Below the pieces are notes generated by a model. That model did not search any database. It was not told the DNA's origin and saw nothing but the letters and a program-made list of their open reading frames with translations. The position numbers and the translations under genes are program-made. Of a stretch of 64,000 bases of DNA, positions 45,948 through 58,405 are shown one piece after another; the first letter of the stretch is position 1, and each line of letters starts with the position of its first letter. The stretch covers positions 179,805 through 243,804 of the forward strand of contig CP022928.1 of NCBI GenBank assembly GCA_002135175.2. Direction: 5' to 3'. The stretch comes from Candidatus Spiroplasma holothuricola. GTDB taxonomy: Bacteria; Bacillota_I; Bacilli_A; Mycoplasmatales; MT37.

Positions 45948-46599
45948 GTTTTAAAACTGTTTGAATTACATCAATTTCATCAAAAATAATTTTTGTTCTT
46001 AGGTTGTCTGGAACTTCGTTAATAATATCTTTTTTAAATTTTAACTGTTCAGTTCAATACTTTTTAAAAACTGGATCTTGTTCATGTCTTTGATAAACTC
46101 CAAACATTAAATCAAGATTATTCAGCACTTTTTTACCTTGATCTTTAGAAACGAAAATGGTGTGATAGTAATGATTATTTTCAAAAACAATTGTTTCTTT
46201 CAGAATAAAATATCTTTTTTCTTTTATTCATTTACGAATTAAGATCGGATTTTCTTTTGCTTGAAAGATATAGGTTTTTTTTCTTCAATCATTCAACTTC
46301 AAAATTTGAAGGATTTTGTGATTACCAAGGCCTGCTAGTACACAAATATCAATTTCTTCGAGAGGAATGGGATTAAATCCATAGCCTCTCTTTAGTGTTA
46401 TTTTTGTTTCAGAAGAAACTTTTGTTTTTAAAGCATTAATAGCAACTTCAGATAAATCGATGGCAAAAATTTTCATTTCAGGTCTTTTTTCGGCAATAAA
46501 TAAAGGTAAATGTCCATGATCTGTACCAATATCGGCCAATACTTTACAATTAAGATCATTCAATATTCACTCAGCAATTTTTAAAAGCCTATTTTTCAC
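45940..46599 (-). CDS. trmK: tRNA (adenine22-N1)-methyltransferase TrmK-like (YqfN family)
   Basis: ORF 46285-46563 extends both ways through TGA, and I checked the gaps. Motifs: ADIGTDHGHLP, FAIDLSE. It has the conserved yqfN-yqfO style adjacency to the NIF3 gene. The GTG 46599 start is a guess. Confidence 0.7.
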
Positions 46600-46637
46600 T
46601 TTTAAATTTTCACCAATTAGTTATGAGATTAATCGTC

Positions 46638-47585
46638 TTAGATTAACAAAAAGCTTTCTAATAAAGTTTTTTCAGTCCATGGTTGGGTTTTCATAAAAAC
46701 TTCCAGTCTCATTAATTTTTTTACTAATTTTAATAAATGTTCATTTTGAACTGTTCTGGACAAATTGAGTAATTTTGAAATGAAAAATATTTTTTTGTTC
46801 AAAATAATTGAAATTTCTTTTAGATTTTTTCCATTTTTATACAGTATTTCAACTTTTTTCATTGTGAGTAAATAGGTACCTAAAATCGTAGTTAAATAGA
46901 GAGCAGTTGTGCCAGTTTCTTCAAGATCCATATATTCTCTTACGATTTCCTGTTTATTGTTTTGAATTATTTGTTCAACCAGATTGAACACTTTTTCTTC
47001 TACTTGATAAAAAATTATTTTCTTTAAATCTATAATTGTTAAAACTTTTTGTTTTTGTGAATAATAAATTTCAATTTTATTCAATTCGTTTTTGACTCAA
47101 GAAAGTGTGTTAGGAAGAATTTTAACCAAATAATCCAACCCAACTGCTTCAATCAAAATTTCTTTTTCTTGAAAAAATTTTTTGATTCAACTTTTTTTAA
47201 TTTTTAAAGAAAAATCGGTCACTGCTTGAAAATTACAAATTTTTTTAATTTCAACGGGTAAATCATTTTTTTTATTACTGTTTTTGCTTCAAAAAAACAC
47301 CCAATTTCTTGTAATTTCTAGTGCTTCAATGAAATCCTTCATTTTTTCGACTGATATCTTTTCGAAATTTAAAATTTTAAAAATTAACTTTTTTGTTGCA
47401 AATAAATTTTTGCTTTTGAGAGAAATTATAAAATTAACACTATTTTCAATATCTTTTTGTTCATAAATTTCATTTTGCAGCTTTTTTGAATCCGAACGAT
47501 TTATTTTTAAAATTTCATCAACTTTATTTTCAAAAGAATCAAATTCTTTTGAATAAATAAAAAATAAATTGTTTTTTAATTCCAC
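46638..47585 (-). CDS. holA: probable DNA polymerase III delta subunit
   Basis: ORFs 46638-47084 and 47289-47585 are in one frame and I checked the gap. The call rests mainly on size (315 aa) and its position immediately downstream of comEC, as in Firmicutes. The sequence is weakly diagnostic. Confidence 0.55.
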
Positions 47586-49717
47586 GATTTATTTAATTTT
47601 TTTTCGATTTTTATTTGAAAAGGTTTTTTCAACAAAATGTTAATTGAACCCATTATATGGGTATTGTAAACTTCACAATTTACTTTTTTAAACTTTTCAT
47701 ACAATTCTAGTTTTTTGTTGCTTGATACCAAACAATATTCAGGACTGATCGTTTTTAAAAATTCCTTTGTTGAAGAAGTTTTTGATCCATGATGACCCAC
47801 TTGTAAAAATTTTATTTTTTTGACTTTTCGCTCTTTTAAAAGTGCATATTCAGCTTCTTTTTCTGCATCAAACGTCAAAAGAAAAGCATGATTTTGAATT
47901 TCAAATTGCAGAATCAGACTTCGATTATTTTCATTTAACATTGAATCGCTAAAATTAAATGCTAAGTTTGTAAAAATCATGTCGTTGACTTTATAAAACT
48001 GTTTTTGGTTGACGTTGTTGTAAATTTTTTTAATAACAAAGTTTTTGTTAAGGTGTTTTAGATTATTAAAATGATCTGTATGATTATGAGAAATAAAAAC
48101 TGCATCCAACTCCATTACATTGTATTTTTTGAGGAAATTACTAATTTTTTTTGTGTTATTTTCTCTCATTCAGCCACTACCAGCATCAAATAAGATATTT
48201 GTTGATTTATCAGGACTTTGGAGAAACATAGCTAATCCATGTCCAACATCAATAATATGAAAATGATAAAAATTCATTCCAAATCAATTGAATAAAAAAA
48301 TAATAAAAATGATTAAAAAAGATGGAAAAAAATTCTTGGATGGAGAGCCATATCATTTAGCTAAAAAAATGAAAAAAAGAAGAAAAAAATAGTGCAAAAA
48401 AATATAAATTGACTTCATTTCTCCAAAAGGGATGTAAAAAACCATTTGATCAAAAAAACTTAAACTTCATTGAATTGATTGAAATAACAAATGAAAGAAA
48501 GGATTCAAAAAAGGAATCCAAATAGCACTGAAAAAGATTGGATAGAAGATCAAAGCTCAACAACCATACAAAAAGATCAATATGGGAGACATTAAATTAA
48601 ATCGAAACGTTAAGTTAATTACAACAGGGAAAAGGACAATTCATATGAATAAGTTTGTTTTGAAAATTTTTCAAATTTCACGTTTTTTATTTTTTTGTAA
48701 ATTTTGACTAATAAAATTTAAACTTCAACCAGCCAAAAATGACAATTGAAACTCTAATTGATAAAAAATCAACGGATTGAATATTAAAAATACAAATCCT
48801 AAAAAAGCTGTTAATTCTGTTTTTTCGATTTTTATTTTGAATTTAGTTAAACGAATAAATACTAAATTAAAAATTAAGAAAATAAATGATTTGAGAGCAC
48901 TAATTTTTCAATTAGTCAAATATGTTAAAAATCCACAAAAAAATAATCCAATAATGATTAAGGAATACTTAGCTCATTTTTTCTTACATTTTGCAGAAAA
49001 ATAAAACCAAATTGCTCCAATTATTGTTAAATGAAATCCACTAACAACAAAAAGATGGGCGATTCCTAAATTGTAAATTTTGTTCTTGATTGTCGTAAAG
49101 TTAACAGATGAACTTTGAAATATTAAAAATAGAATTCAATCCTTGTTTTGTTTGTATTTTTGTTGATTAAAATAATTGATTAATCGATTGCGAACATTTT
49201 TATTTTGCTTCAGTGTTGATTTGTTCAAATCCAACAATTTCCCTTTTAAATAAGTTTTTTTGCTTGCTAAAAACAAATCAAATTCATTGTTTTGCAAACT
49301 TATTTTTTCCTGAACAAACACTTTTGCTTTGAAACGATCTTCTAAATTAATTCTTTTTTCCCCAATATTTTTTTTTAAAAAATAATTTTGGACATAGATT
49401 CTTTCGTTTTGAGAATTTGAAATTATTAGACTATTTTTGAATTTTTCTTTTATTGTATAAGTTGAGGTTTCTTCATAAACAGTGAAATTTTTGTGATGAT
49501 AGGGTCTATGTTGGAATCAAAAACTGATAAATATCAATAAAAATAACAAAATTAATGCACCGATTTTCCAAAATCGAATTTCTTTGTAAATTGTAAAACC
49601 AAAAAATATCAATATTGTTAAAGATACAACAAGTAAAAATCATCTTTGATGACTAACACAAAAAAAATCAATAATCGAAATGACAAGAATTAAAGAAAAA
49701 GAAAAAAATAGCTTCAA
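47576..49717 (-). CDS. comEC: ComEC/Rec2 family DNA internalisation channel protein
   Basis: ORFs 47576-48169 and 49136-49321 share one frame. I scanned the whole 48170-49717 stretch and it is free of TAA/TAG. It has a competence-domain motif (IAHLFVVSGFHLTII) and a C-terminal metallo-beta-lactamase domain (IDVGHGLA, SHNHTDH, VGHHGS). The TTG 49717 start is provisional. Confidence 0.85.
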
Positions 49718-50392
49718 TTAAATAAAATAAATACTTTCATACATTTTTTCAGTCACATTCTTGACGTTTGAAGGTGGAAAAACTTCAATAATTTTTCTTT
49801 TTATGGCATTTCAATCGTTTTTTTCATCTTGAAGAAATAACAAGAATTGTTTAATTGTTTGTTGTGATAGATTTATACTTCGTACATCAATCTTTAAGGC
49901 TGTCAGGTCATTCAAATCGATCAATTGCTGTCTTTGCATCAAGATTGAAGTTTTTAGCGGTTGATATGTAATATAATTTTGTTGAGTAATTTGTTTACGA
50001 AGTGTTTTTTCTGTCACATAAAAATATTTTTCTCAACCTGAATACCAAAAATCAAGAAAATTGGAAATGGTTCAATTTATTAAAATTTCTCCTTGAGCCT
50101 TTACAGTTGAAGGTATTTTTTTAATATCTGGTTTAAGAATACGAGTACTTCTCATTCTAAAAATGAATTTAATTGGCAATTCGTTATTTATTTCAGGAGA
50201 ATGCTGGAGTTCTACATTCTTAAAAATAGAATTATTATTTAAGTTGTTGGATTTGTTATTTTCAAAATGAAAAAAACCAGATTGTAAAGTGGTTTCTTCA
50301 TAACTTTTTTGAAGATAAAAGAAGCCAAACCCAAAAAGGCAAAAAGTAAAAGCAAACACACCAATTAAAATTAGTTTGTAGGACTTAATCAC
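49718..50392 (-). CDS. membrane-anchored protein, possibly ComEA-like (call by position)
   Basis: ORFs 49811-50017 and 50072-50392 plus a tail are in one frame. It has an N-terminal TM helix, and its stop abuts the comEC start. Only a loose similarity of IDLNDLTA... to the ComEA HhH entry motif. Confidence 0.4.
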
Positions 50393-50455
50393 ATGATTAA
50401 ATTAACAAAATATAATGTCTTTTACAAAAAGGTTTTTTTGATTTAAAATAAATTT

Positions 50456-50800
50456 ATGGCAAATATTAAACAACAAATAAAAAGAAAAAAAACTGATGCA
50501 AAAAAGAAATTAACTTCTCGTTCTTTTCTTTCTTCGGTAAAAACAGCAATCAAAAAAGCTGAAAAATTAATTGGAGCAAAATCAGACAATGCTGTCACAT
50601 ATCTAAGATTGGCCAAGAAAAAAATTGATAAGTTGGTGACAAAAGGCATTAAAAAGAAAAATTTTGTCAATCGAAAAAAAAGTCAATTAGATAAAAAAAT
50701 GAATGAAATGACAGAAGAACAAACAAAAACTGATAAAAATTCAAAAAACGAATCATCTTCAACTAAAAAATCATCAGATACAAAAAAAACTGATGTTTAA
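50456..50800 (+). CDS. rpsT: ribosomal protein S20 with a Lys/Ser/Thr-rich C-terminal tail
   Basis: An intact ORF beginning MANIKQQIKRKKTDAKKK..., typical of S20. Confidence 0.9.
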   Translation: MANIKQQIKRKKTDAKKKLTSRSFLSSVKTAIKKAEKLIGAKSDNAVTYLRLAKKKIDKLVTKGIKKKNFVNRKKSQLDKKMNEMTEEQTKTDKNSKNESSSTKKSSDTKKTDV

Positions 50801-50814
50801 AACTTTTTAAGTTT

Positions 50815-50901
50815 GCCCGTGTGGTGAAATCGGTATACACGATAGACTCAAAATCTATTAGAAGCAATTCTGTGTCAGTTCGAGTCTGACCATGGGCACC
50901 A
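50815..50901 (+). tRNA. tRNA-Leu (anticodon CAA)
   Basis: Acceptor GCCCGTG/CATGGGC, anticodon stem ATAGA/TCTAT with loop CTCAAAA, a long variable arm, T-loop TTCGAGT, CCA. Confidence 0.85.
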
Positions 50902-50902
50902 T

Positions 50903-51487
50903 TTACTTTTTTAAAGAATTATTAATTTGTTCAAATTTTTGATTTCAAGTTCTTTCAAACATTAAATTTTGAATTTTTAAAGATTGATCAAAAACTGATA
51001 GTTTAATTGATCCTTGATAATAAATCAAATTATGGTTTAAAGTGCCCGAAGGCCCAACCACTATGTAAATAAAGCCATGGTTAATTATTGGAATAGCAGT
51101 TTGTAAATCAAAAGCAACAGTTGTATAGGCTTTGTCAATTTTTTGTTTTAAAAAAAATTCTTTTGGTGCATTAGGATCTTTGATAATTTTTGATAATTGT
51201 GGAATTATCAAATTTCCTGTTTCTTCATCTCTTTTTAAAAAAAATGTATTGCTAGCTTTGATAACATAAAAAAGTTGAGAGCCATTCAAAACATGAATTG
51301 ATTCAACATGTTTTTTATAATCTTTGCTGACATTCAAAGACATAAATTGCTTTTTGTTTTTTAATCATCAAAAAAATCAATATCTATTTTCTAGTCGGGG
51401 CAAAAGTGCTAAAAAATTCAAGAAAATGAGAATTGTACTGACATATGAAGATAAAAATATTAAAACAATGGTAATTGAATCAGTCAT
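50903..51487 (-). CDS. hypothetical membrane-anchored protein
   Basis: ORF 50945-51343 extends through TGA both ways: upstream to ATG 51487, which adds an N-terminal TM helix, and downstream to TAA 50903-50905. Confidence 0.5.
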
Positions 51488-51494
51488 TATTTTT

Positions 51495-53987
51495 CTAAAT
51501 TTTATCTTTTAATAAATCTTTATATTTTTTTTTCTTTTCTCGTTCTTTTTCAACAATTTCTGGATTTGCCTTGTTAACAAAATCTTCATTAGCCAATAAT
51601 TTTTCAGTTCTTGCCAATTCTTTTTCAATTTTAGTTCGATCTAATTCATCAGTGCTTTCACTTTTTTGAATGATGATTTTTTGTTCTCAGTCTTTCACTA
51701 GACTCACTATTTCACATTGAAACGGGAAAAGCATGGCATTGAGTTTATTCTTATCATTTTCGGAAATTTTTTCAGCAGAAGGGCTTTGATAAATAATTTT
51801 TGTATTGCCTTGAAATTTTTCTGAGTTTTCTTCTTTTGCTTGCAAAACTTTAAAAAAAACGTTGATCATTGCACTAAATTTTTTCACTAATTTGATTTTT
51901 GGAAAATGGGATAAAGCCATTTTTTGATTGGTTCGTTTTACTCAAAGGTAGTAAGTCACTTGGGGCATAAAAGGGTGCAAAAAGATCAATAAAGTACTTC
52001 AAATTCAATTCATTGTTTTTTTCGTCTCTTCAACACTGATGTTTTGTTCAAAAAACGATCAAGCAACTCTTAAATAAAAATTACTAAAATCTTTTCATAT
52101 AAACTGAATTATTTTTTGAAGGGAAAAAGAGAATAGTTTTTGTTCATAATTTTTTTCGACATTGGTTCTTAAATTTTCAAACTTTTCCATAATTCATAGA
52201 TTAATTGGTTCTTCAATTTGATCTGGGGGTTCAATTTTTAATTGAACTGATAAATTTTTTTCTATAAATTGGTCAATATTAATCAATTTGTTAACAAATT
52301 GAGCTGATTGGATCAGTTTATCTTCGTCAAAAATCAGATCTTCTCCAATTTTGTAATTGCTCAAAAGATAAAATCGCAAAGCACCACTTCCATATTTTTT
52401 AATCAATTCATCAGGAGCAATGGCATTGCCTTTTGATTTAGACATTTTTTGATTGTCTTTGGTTCTGATTAATCCATGAATCAGCACTTGGTTAAAAGGA
52501 ATTTGCTTTGTAAAATGATGATGCAAGAACAACATTCGGGCCACTCAGAAGAAAATGATGTCATAACTAGTAACTAAACAAGTAATTGGAAAAAAAGGGC
52601 TCTTGATAATGCTACTCTCGTTTTTTCAATCAAAATTGACTAGAGTTCATAAACCAGAAGAAAATCACGTATCCAAAACATCCTCAGAACGAATTCAATC
52701 ATCACCAAGTTCTGTTTCACTGGCAACGATTTTTTTGGTTTTTGTATTTTGATAAATTGGTAATTGATGACCTCAAGTCAATTGACGAGAAATGCATCAA
52801 TCTTGAATGTTTTTCAATCAATTTCAAAGGTAATTTTCATATTTTTTTGGTATGAAATGGATTTGATTTTTCTTCTTTTGTAAATCTTGAGCTCATTGTT
52901 TTGTTTTTAAAAATCATTGATTAGTTAAAAGCGGTTCAATAACAGAATTACTTCGACTAGAGATTGGGAGTGAATATATGTGTTGTTCTTCTTTTACAAA
53001 AGCATTTTTAAGATCAAGTTTTTTGATTATTTTTTCACGAGCTTCCAATCGATCAATTCCATTAAATTCATCAGAAAGTTCATTTAAAGTTCCATCATGA
53101 TTCAAAACTGAAATAGGTTTTAAATTATTTTTAATTGCTAAATTAAAATCAAAAAAATCATGAGCTGGGGTACATTTCACTACTCCTGTCCCGAAATCTG
53201 GATTGATTGTTTCGTCACTTAAAATTGGAATTTTTTGATCGTTTATTGGATTAATTACAAATTTACCAATTATTTTTTTATATCGCTCATCATGGGAATT
53301 AACAAAAAGGGCACAATCAACAAACATTGTTTCAGGACGGGTGGTGGCCACAGAAACATGTTTTTGATCATTTTCTGCTAATTTGTATTTAAAAAAATAA
53401 ATTTTTCCTTTAATTTCTCTGTGTTCTACCTCTATATTGGAAATCGCTGTTTCCAATGTGCAATCTCAATTAACAAGCTTTTTTTCTTGATAAATTAAGC
53501 CTTCATTGTAGAGACTAACAAAAGCTTTTGTTACAGTTTCTTTAAAATTTTGATCAAGAGTAAACCTTTCTTTTTCAGGATTGATAAGTAAATTTAAATT
53601 AGTTCATTGTTTTCGTATTGTTTCTTGTTTTTCTTTGGCTCAACTTTCAAAATATTTTCTTTTTTGAATGAGGTTTTTGGGAGCTAAACGGTTTTTTTTA
53701 ATTCATTTGTTTACTAAAACTTCAGTGGCAATACCAGCATGATCAAAACCAGGAATTCATAAAGTTTCAACTTCTTGAATTCGATTTCAACGAATAATTG
53801 CATCTTGGATGAAATTATTTAAAGCATGACCAAGATGTAATTTTCCAGTAATGTTGGGAGGAGGCATCAGCAAAGAAATTTTTGCTTTACTTAGTTGAGG
53901 TTTTAAATAAATTTGAAAACCAGGAATGAATTCTTTAATTGAATGTTGGGAAAAAAATTCAATATTTTTGTTTTGGTCATTATTCAT
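51495..53987 (-). CDS. valS: valyl-tRNA synthetase
   Basis: ORFs 51687-51920, 52194-52544, 52914-53456 and 53787-54053 are all in one frame, and I scanned the gaps. Motifs: [14 protein letters not shown] (HIGH), editing-domain TTRPETMF and [20 protein letters not shown], and a C-terminal coiled coil. The probable start is ATG 53987. Confidence 0.93.
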
Positions 53988-54544
53988 TATATTTTCCTTA
54001 ATTCCTCTATGAATGTTGAATATGCAGAAACAGAACTGGGGGAACCAACCCACTTTAAGTTCTTTTCTTTGAATAACATAACAAATGGTGTTCCCAATGT
54101 TAGAACACTATCTTTAGTATTGTCTGTTTTTAGCTTTTTTCAGGTTTCATTGTCGTTAAATTTGTCATTAAGAAAACTAATTAATTCTTTTTTAAAAATT
54201 TCATAGCTAGTAGTTGATTTTTGTAGTCATGAATATTCATCATAATAATAATAAACAAAAGTTTCATTTGCTGAATTTCTTTTTTGGGTATTTACAATTT
54301 CTTTATTAAGTTGATGATTGGAATTTTGGATATTTTTGTAAAACTTTTTACAATGGGAACAACTTTTCGTTCCAAAAAATGCCATGAAAGTTTTGTTTTG
54401 ATTATAGTTATTTTTGAGATTATTAATGTTATAACCGGGATGAACTTGACGTATTTGAGCAAACATATTTGGCACAATTGTCACTACTGACGTTACCAAA
54501 ATCAAAACGGTGAAAATCAATAAAACTATTCCTAGTTTTTTCAT
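53987..54544 (-). CDS. membrane-anchored thioredoxin-fold protein (CSHC motif)
   Basis: ORF 54227-54544 extends through two TGA to TAA 53987-53989. It has an N-terminal TM helix and then [13 protein letters not shown] (CxxC) and GTPFVMLF, as in thioredoxin-like proteins. Confidence 0.6.
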
Positions 54545-54555
54545 TTTTGTACCCT

Positions 54556-54861
54556 TTAGTTTTCAAGCTCAACAACTGAAACAGCTCGTTTCTTTCGGCT
54601 TATGTAATGAAAATTGACTTTACCAATTACCGTTGAATACAAGGCATCATTATTTCCTCGTTTAACATTTTTACCTGGGTGAATTTTTGTTCCTCGCTGC
54701 ATATAAATGATTGTTCCTGGTCGAACAAGTTGATTTTGGTGTCGTTTAATACCTAAGAATTTCGATTTTGAATCACGACCATTTCTGGTTGAACCCCCAC
54801 CTTTTTTGTGAGCAAAGATTTGTAAATCATGAAAAAGAATCTTGACATTAATCATTTTCAA
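54556..54861 (-). CDS. rpmA: ribosomal protein L27 with an N-terminal propeptide
   Basis: An intact ORF. The mature-type sequence AHKKGGGSTRNGRDS is preceded by MKMINVKILFHDLQIF. Confidence 0.95.
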   Translation of the reverse strand: MKMINVKILFHDLQIFAHKKGGGSTRNGRDSKSKFLGIKRHQNQLVRPGTIIYMQRGTKIHPGKNVKRGNNDALYSTVIGKVNFHYISRKKRAVSVVELEN

Positions 54862-54870
54862 AAAGTGTTT

Positions 54871-55263
54871 TTATTGTGTTGTTATTTTTGCTTTTGATGA
54901 AGCATTCTGCACAAAATTAGTTATTTCTACTACAGTTGTTTTTTGTCGATGACCTTTTTTTAATCGATAATTTTTTTTAGCTTTATATTTAAAAATAATA
55001 ATTTTTTTCTCTTTTTTAAGAGGCATTATCACTTTACCTTCGATTTGAATACTTTTGAGATAAGGATCTCCAATTCGATCATTTGTTAATAAAACTTTAT
55101 CGAAAATTATTTTTTCATTTACTTTTGCTTCTTTTTGGAGAGGAATTGTGATTTTTTGTCCAACATTGACTAAATATTGCTGATTTTGATAATCAATAAC
55201 AGCAAAATTTGTTGTTTCGTTTTTTTGTTGTATTGAATTAGGGGTAGTGTTTTTAGCTTCCAT
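54871..55263 (-). CDS. rplU: ribosomal protein L21
   Basis: An intact ORF. The core FAVIDYQNQQYLV...KKGHRQKTTVVEI has short N- and C-terminal extensions. Confidence 0.93.
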   Translation of the reverse strand: MEAKNTTPNSIQQKNETTNFAVIDYQNQQYLVNVGQKITIPLQKEAKVNEKIIFDKVLLTNDRIGDPYLKSIQIEGKVIMPLKKEKKIIIFKYKAKKNYRLKKGHRQKTTVVEITNFVQNASSKAKITTQ

Positions 55264-55344
55264 TGAATCGTTTTTGTGTATTATTTATTTTATCCAATTT
55301 ACTGAAACAAAAACTGATTATTCAACAAAAAAATAAGCTTTTTT

Positions 55345-56634
55345 TTAAAAATCTTCAAGAGAAGAAGAACGGCTTCGCAACTTTTTATATGCTTTTGATT
55401 CAACTTGTCGAACTCGCTCTCGAGTAATTTTCAATTTTTTTCCAGTTTCTTCCAATGTCATTGGAATATTTTCGTACTTGTTTGCTTCTCTCTCTAAAGC
55501 CGTTCCTTCAACTAAAGGCATAATTTGTTTCAAAGAAGCATTTCAACTAATTCTTTTATCAACTAACAAACTCAAAATTTGTTTTTTTGCTGATTGATTT
55601 TCTGTAATTTTTAGTAAATCTTTGACCAACAAAGGGGGCTTGCCCAATCGCAAACGTAAAATTCTGTCTTCTTTAACACTTAGATACTGTTGAATTAATT
55701 CATTGGTTTTTCAAATAACTTGATTTCGATTTACCTCATCATTGGGTGATTTCACATTTTTATCTTCAAGCAAATCACCATATTTTGTGTCTTGTTTGTC
55801 ATTAAACTTTTTCTCAATACATCGAGGTAACAAAGAGAATTTTTCAATTTTTTTTACTTTTTTGGCCGTGAGATCTCTTCCTAAATGTTTGGCAATTTCT
55901 TCATCTGTTGGTATTCTTTGTAATTGTTGTGTTAAAAGTTTTTTGCTGGCAATAATTTTGTTGATTGTTTCAATCATGTGCACAGGAATTCGAATGATTC
56001 GAGCTTGATCAGCAATTGCTCGGGCAATTGTTTGACGAATTCACCATGTGGCATAAGTGGAAAATTTAAATCCACGAGTGTGATCGAACTTTTCGATTGC
56101 TTTTAATAATCCTAGTTCTCCTTCTTGTTTTAAATCCTCAAACTTGAGTCCTCGACCATTGTATTTTTTACAAATACTAATTACTAACTTTAGATTACAA
56201 CGAACAATGATACTTTTGGCACGACGTTTAGCAAATTCTGTTTTTGCTGCTTTATATTTAGTGAAATAATAAATCTCTTGTTCAGATGTCAATAAATTGG
56301 AACGACTGACTGATTGTCAATCAATTTTCTTTTTTCAATCAAGAAAACCTGTTCTTTTTTGGTTAAAGTTTTTTTGCTTTTTTTGGGTTCAAAAAGGGTT
56401 GATTTTTTCATAATCATTAGCATTGATTATCATTCGCTCAACCATTATGTTGACCAACAAACTAACTCAAGCCGAAGGAATTTTCGTAATTTCAACGAGC
56501 TTGCTTAAATCTTGTTTATTTAATTTAGTAACATTGTTTTTCTTTAAAAATTTAAAAAAATTGGTTGGAAAACCATACTTTATTTGATAATTATTTAATA
56601 TGACTGCTGTTTTTGTGGTGAAATTAATTCGCAT
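55345..56634 (-). CDS. rpoD: primary RNA polymerase sigma factor (sigma-70 family)
   Basis: ORFs 55345-55533, 55711-55983 and 56041-56292 plus an upstream stretch are in one frame, and I checked the gaps. Region 2 ([27 protein letters not shown]), region 3, and region 4.2 ([20 protein letters not shown]). Start is ATG 56634. Confidence 0.92.
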
Positions 56635-58405
56635 GTTTTTGTTTAGATATTTTCAGTTTTTTAATTAATTCTTCTCGTTCTTTAAAAAGATCTATTTTAC
56701 CTTTTTTTATTTCTTCAGTGTTTTTTTGTATTTTAAAATCAAGGGAACATTCGTAACACTTTTTTATTAAACTTTCCTCAATATTTTTATATTTTTTTTC
56801 TATAAAAGAGAGTTCTTCTTCAACTTCGTTAAATAACATTTTAAACCATGAAGACTGATCTTGAGCAGAAATTTGTTCTAAAAAGTCTTTTCAATTCATA
56901 TCTATATTTTCTTTTCATAAGTTTTGTTGAAGAACCCATTCTCAATTTTCTTGATATTCATTTGTGCAAAAAAATTTATTGAATTCAATTAATTTTTGTC
57001 GAAAGGAACTATCTTTAAATGCATAAAAAAAAGCTAATTTCTCTCACATTTTAACAAAAATTTTGTTCAAATCTTTTTCTTCACTAATGGGAGGCAGATG
57101 CTCAGACTCGATAATTTCTGTGTTTGTGTCAGTATCTTGGTTTGTAGTTGATTTTGTTCTTAAATCAAAAATTGTATTAGGTAATGAATATTTTTCTTTA
57201 ATTATTTTTTGAAATCAAAATTTTTCAACTTCATTAGCCAAAACAAGAAAAGGATTCACTTCTTCCTTGAATTTTTCCGTTTCTTTTTCATCATTTACTT
57301 TTTCGTGATGAGCAATAATAAAATTTATAGGAGTTACTATTTGTTGTTCGTGATTTTTAATAATATCCTTGTTTTGACGTATTAGTTCATCAGGATCAAG
57401 TTTTGATTGATGATTTCAAATTTTTACTTTTAAATTTCATTGTTTCATTTTTAAGCTATTTTTCAATGCTGATTGATAACCAGGTGCATCACCATCTGGA
57501 ACAATCACGAATTCAGAAAATTTTTTTTGAAGGGCATCAATTTGAGCATCTGAAAGCGAAGTTCCGAGCATAGCCACGGCCGGGATCTCGTTTTCTGTGA
57601 GCATAATCGCATCAGCAAAACCTTCAACAATATAAATTTTTTGAATAGTTTTAAAATTTTCTTGAATATATTTTCAATTAAAAAAAACCTGAGACTTTTG
57701 AAAAATAATATTTTCTCTTGAAATTAAAAATTTACTTGCAAACTCAGAATCAAGAGTCCGTCCAGAAAATCCGACTAATTCATTTTCGAAGTTATGCAGT
57801 GGAAAAATAATTCTTTCATGAAAATAATCTTTAATTTCATCTTCATTTGCTGTGAAAAGTTCAGTTTTCAAAATGTCTGATATTTTAAATTTTTTTTGTT
57901 GTAAAAATTCGAATAATGCTTTTTGATCCTCAGGGGCTCAACCCAATTCATATTTTTGAACGATCTTGCGTGTAAACATTCTTTGATTCATATATTTTCT
58001 CAATTTTTGTGGAGGGTTAATCATTTGTCCTCGATAAAAATTGTGAATTTCTTTTGTCAAATCAGAAACTAACATTTCATCAGCACTTCTTTCTCGGGGT
58101 TGAAGGTAACCAACATCAAGTGGAATGTTGTATTTGTCCACTAGTTTGATTAATGCTTCTTTAAACGAGTTTTTTTCGTAAAGCATCACAAACTTTATAA
58201 TTCCACCACCAGCACCACAAGAAAAACACTTAAAAATTTTTTTGGTTGGTTCAACTGTGAGTGAAGGGTTTTTATCATCATGGAAAGGGCAAAGACCTTT
58301 GAATCCTTTACCTGACTTAGAAAGAGTTAAATAACTTCCAATAACATCAACAATATCAACATTTTCATTGATAATTTTTAATGTTTTTTCTGGTTTAAAG
58401 TTCAT
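56624..58405 (-). CDS. dnaG: DNA primase
   Basis: ORFs 56624-56839, 57674-57871 and 57938-58405 are in one frame, and I scanned the gaps. It has a CHC2 zinc finger (CPFHDDKNPS...CFSCG) and a Toprim region (EGFADAIM...DGDAPG). Confidence 0.92.

Noticed and set aside
51395-51415. A TTAGCAC-like half-site on the minus strand that resembles half of a CIRCE (HrcA) operator.
   Set aside because: Only one half is present, the inverted partner 9 nt away is missing, and it lies inside a coding region.
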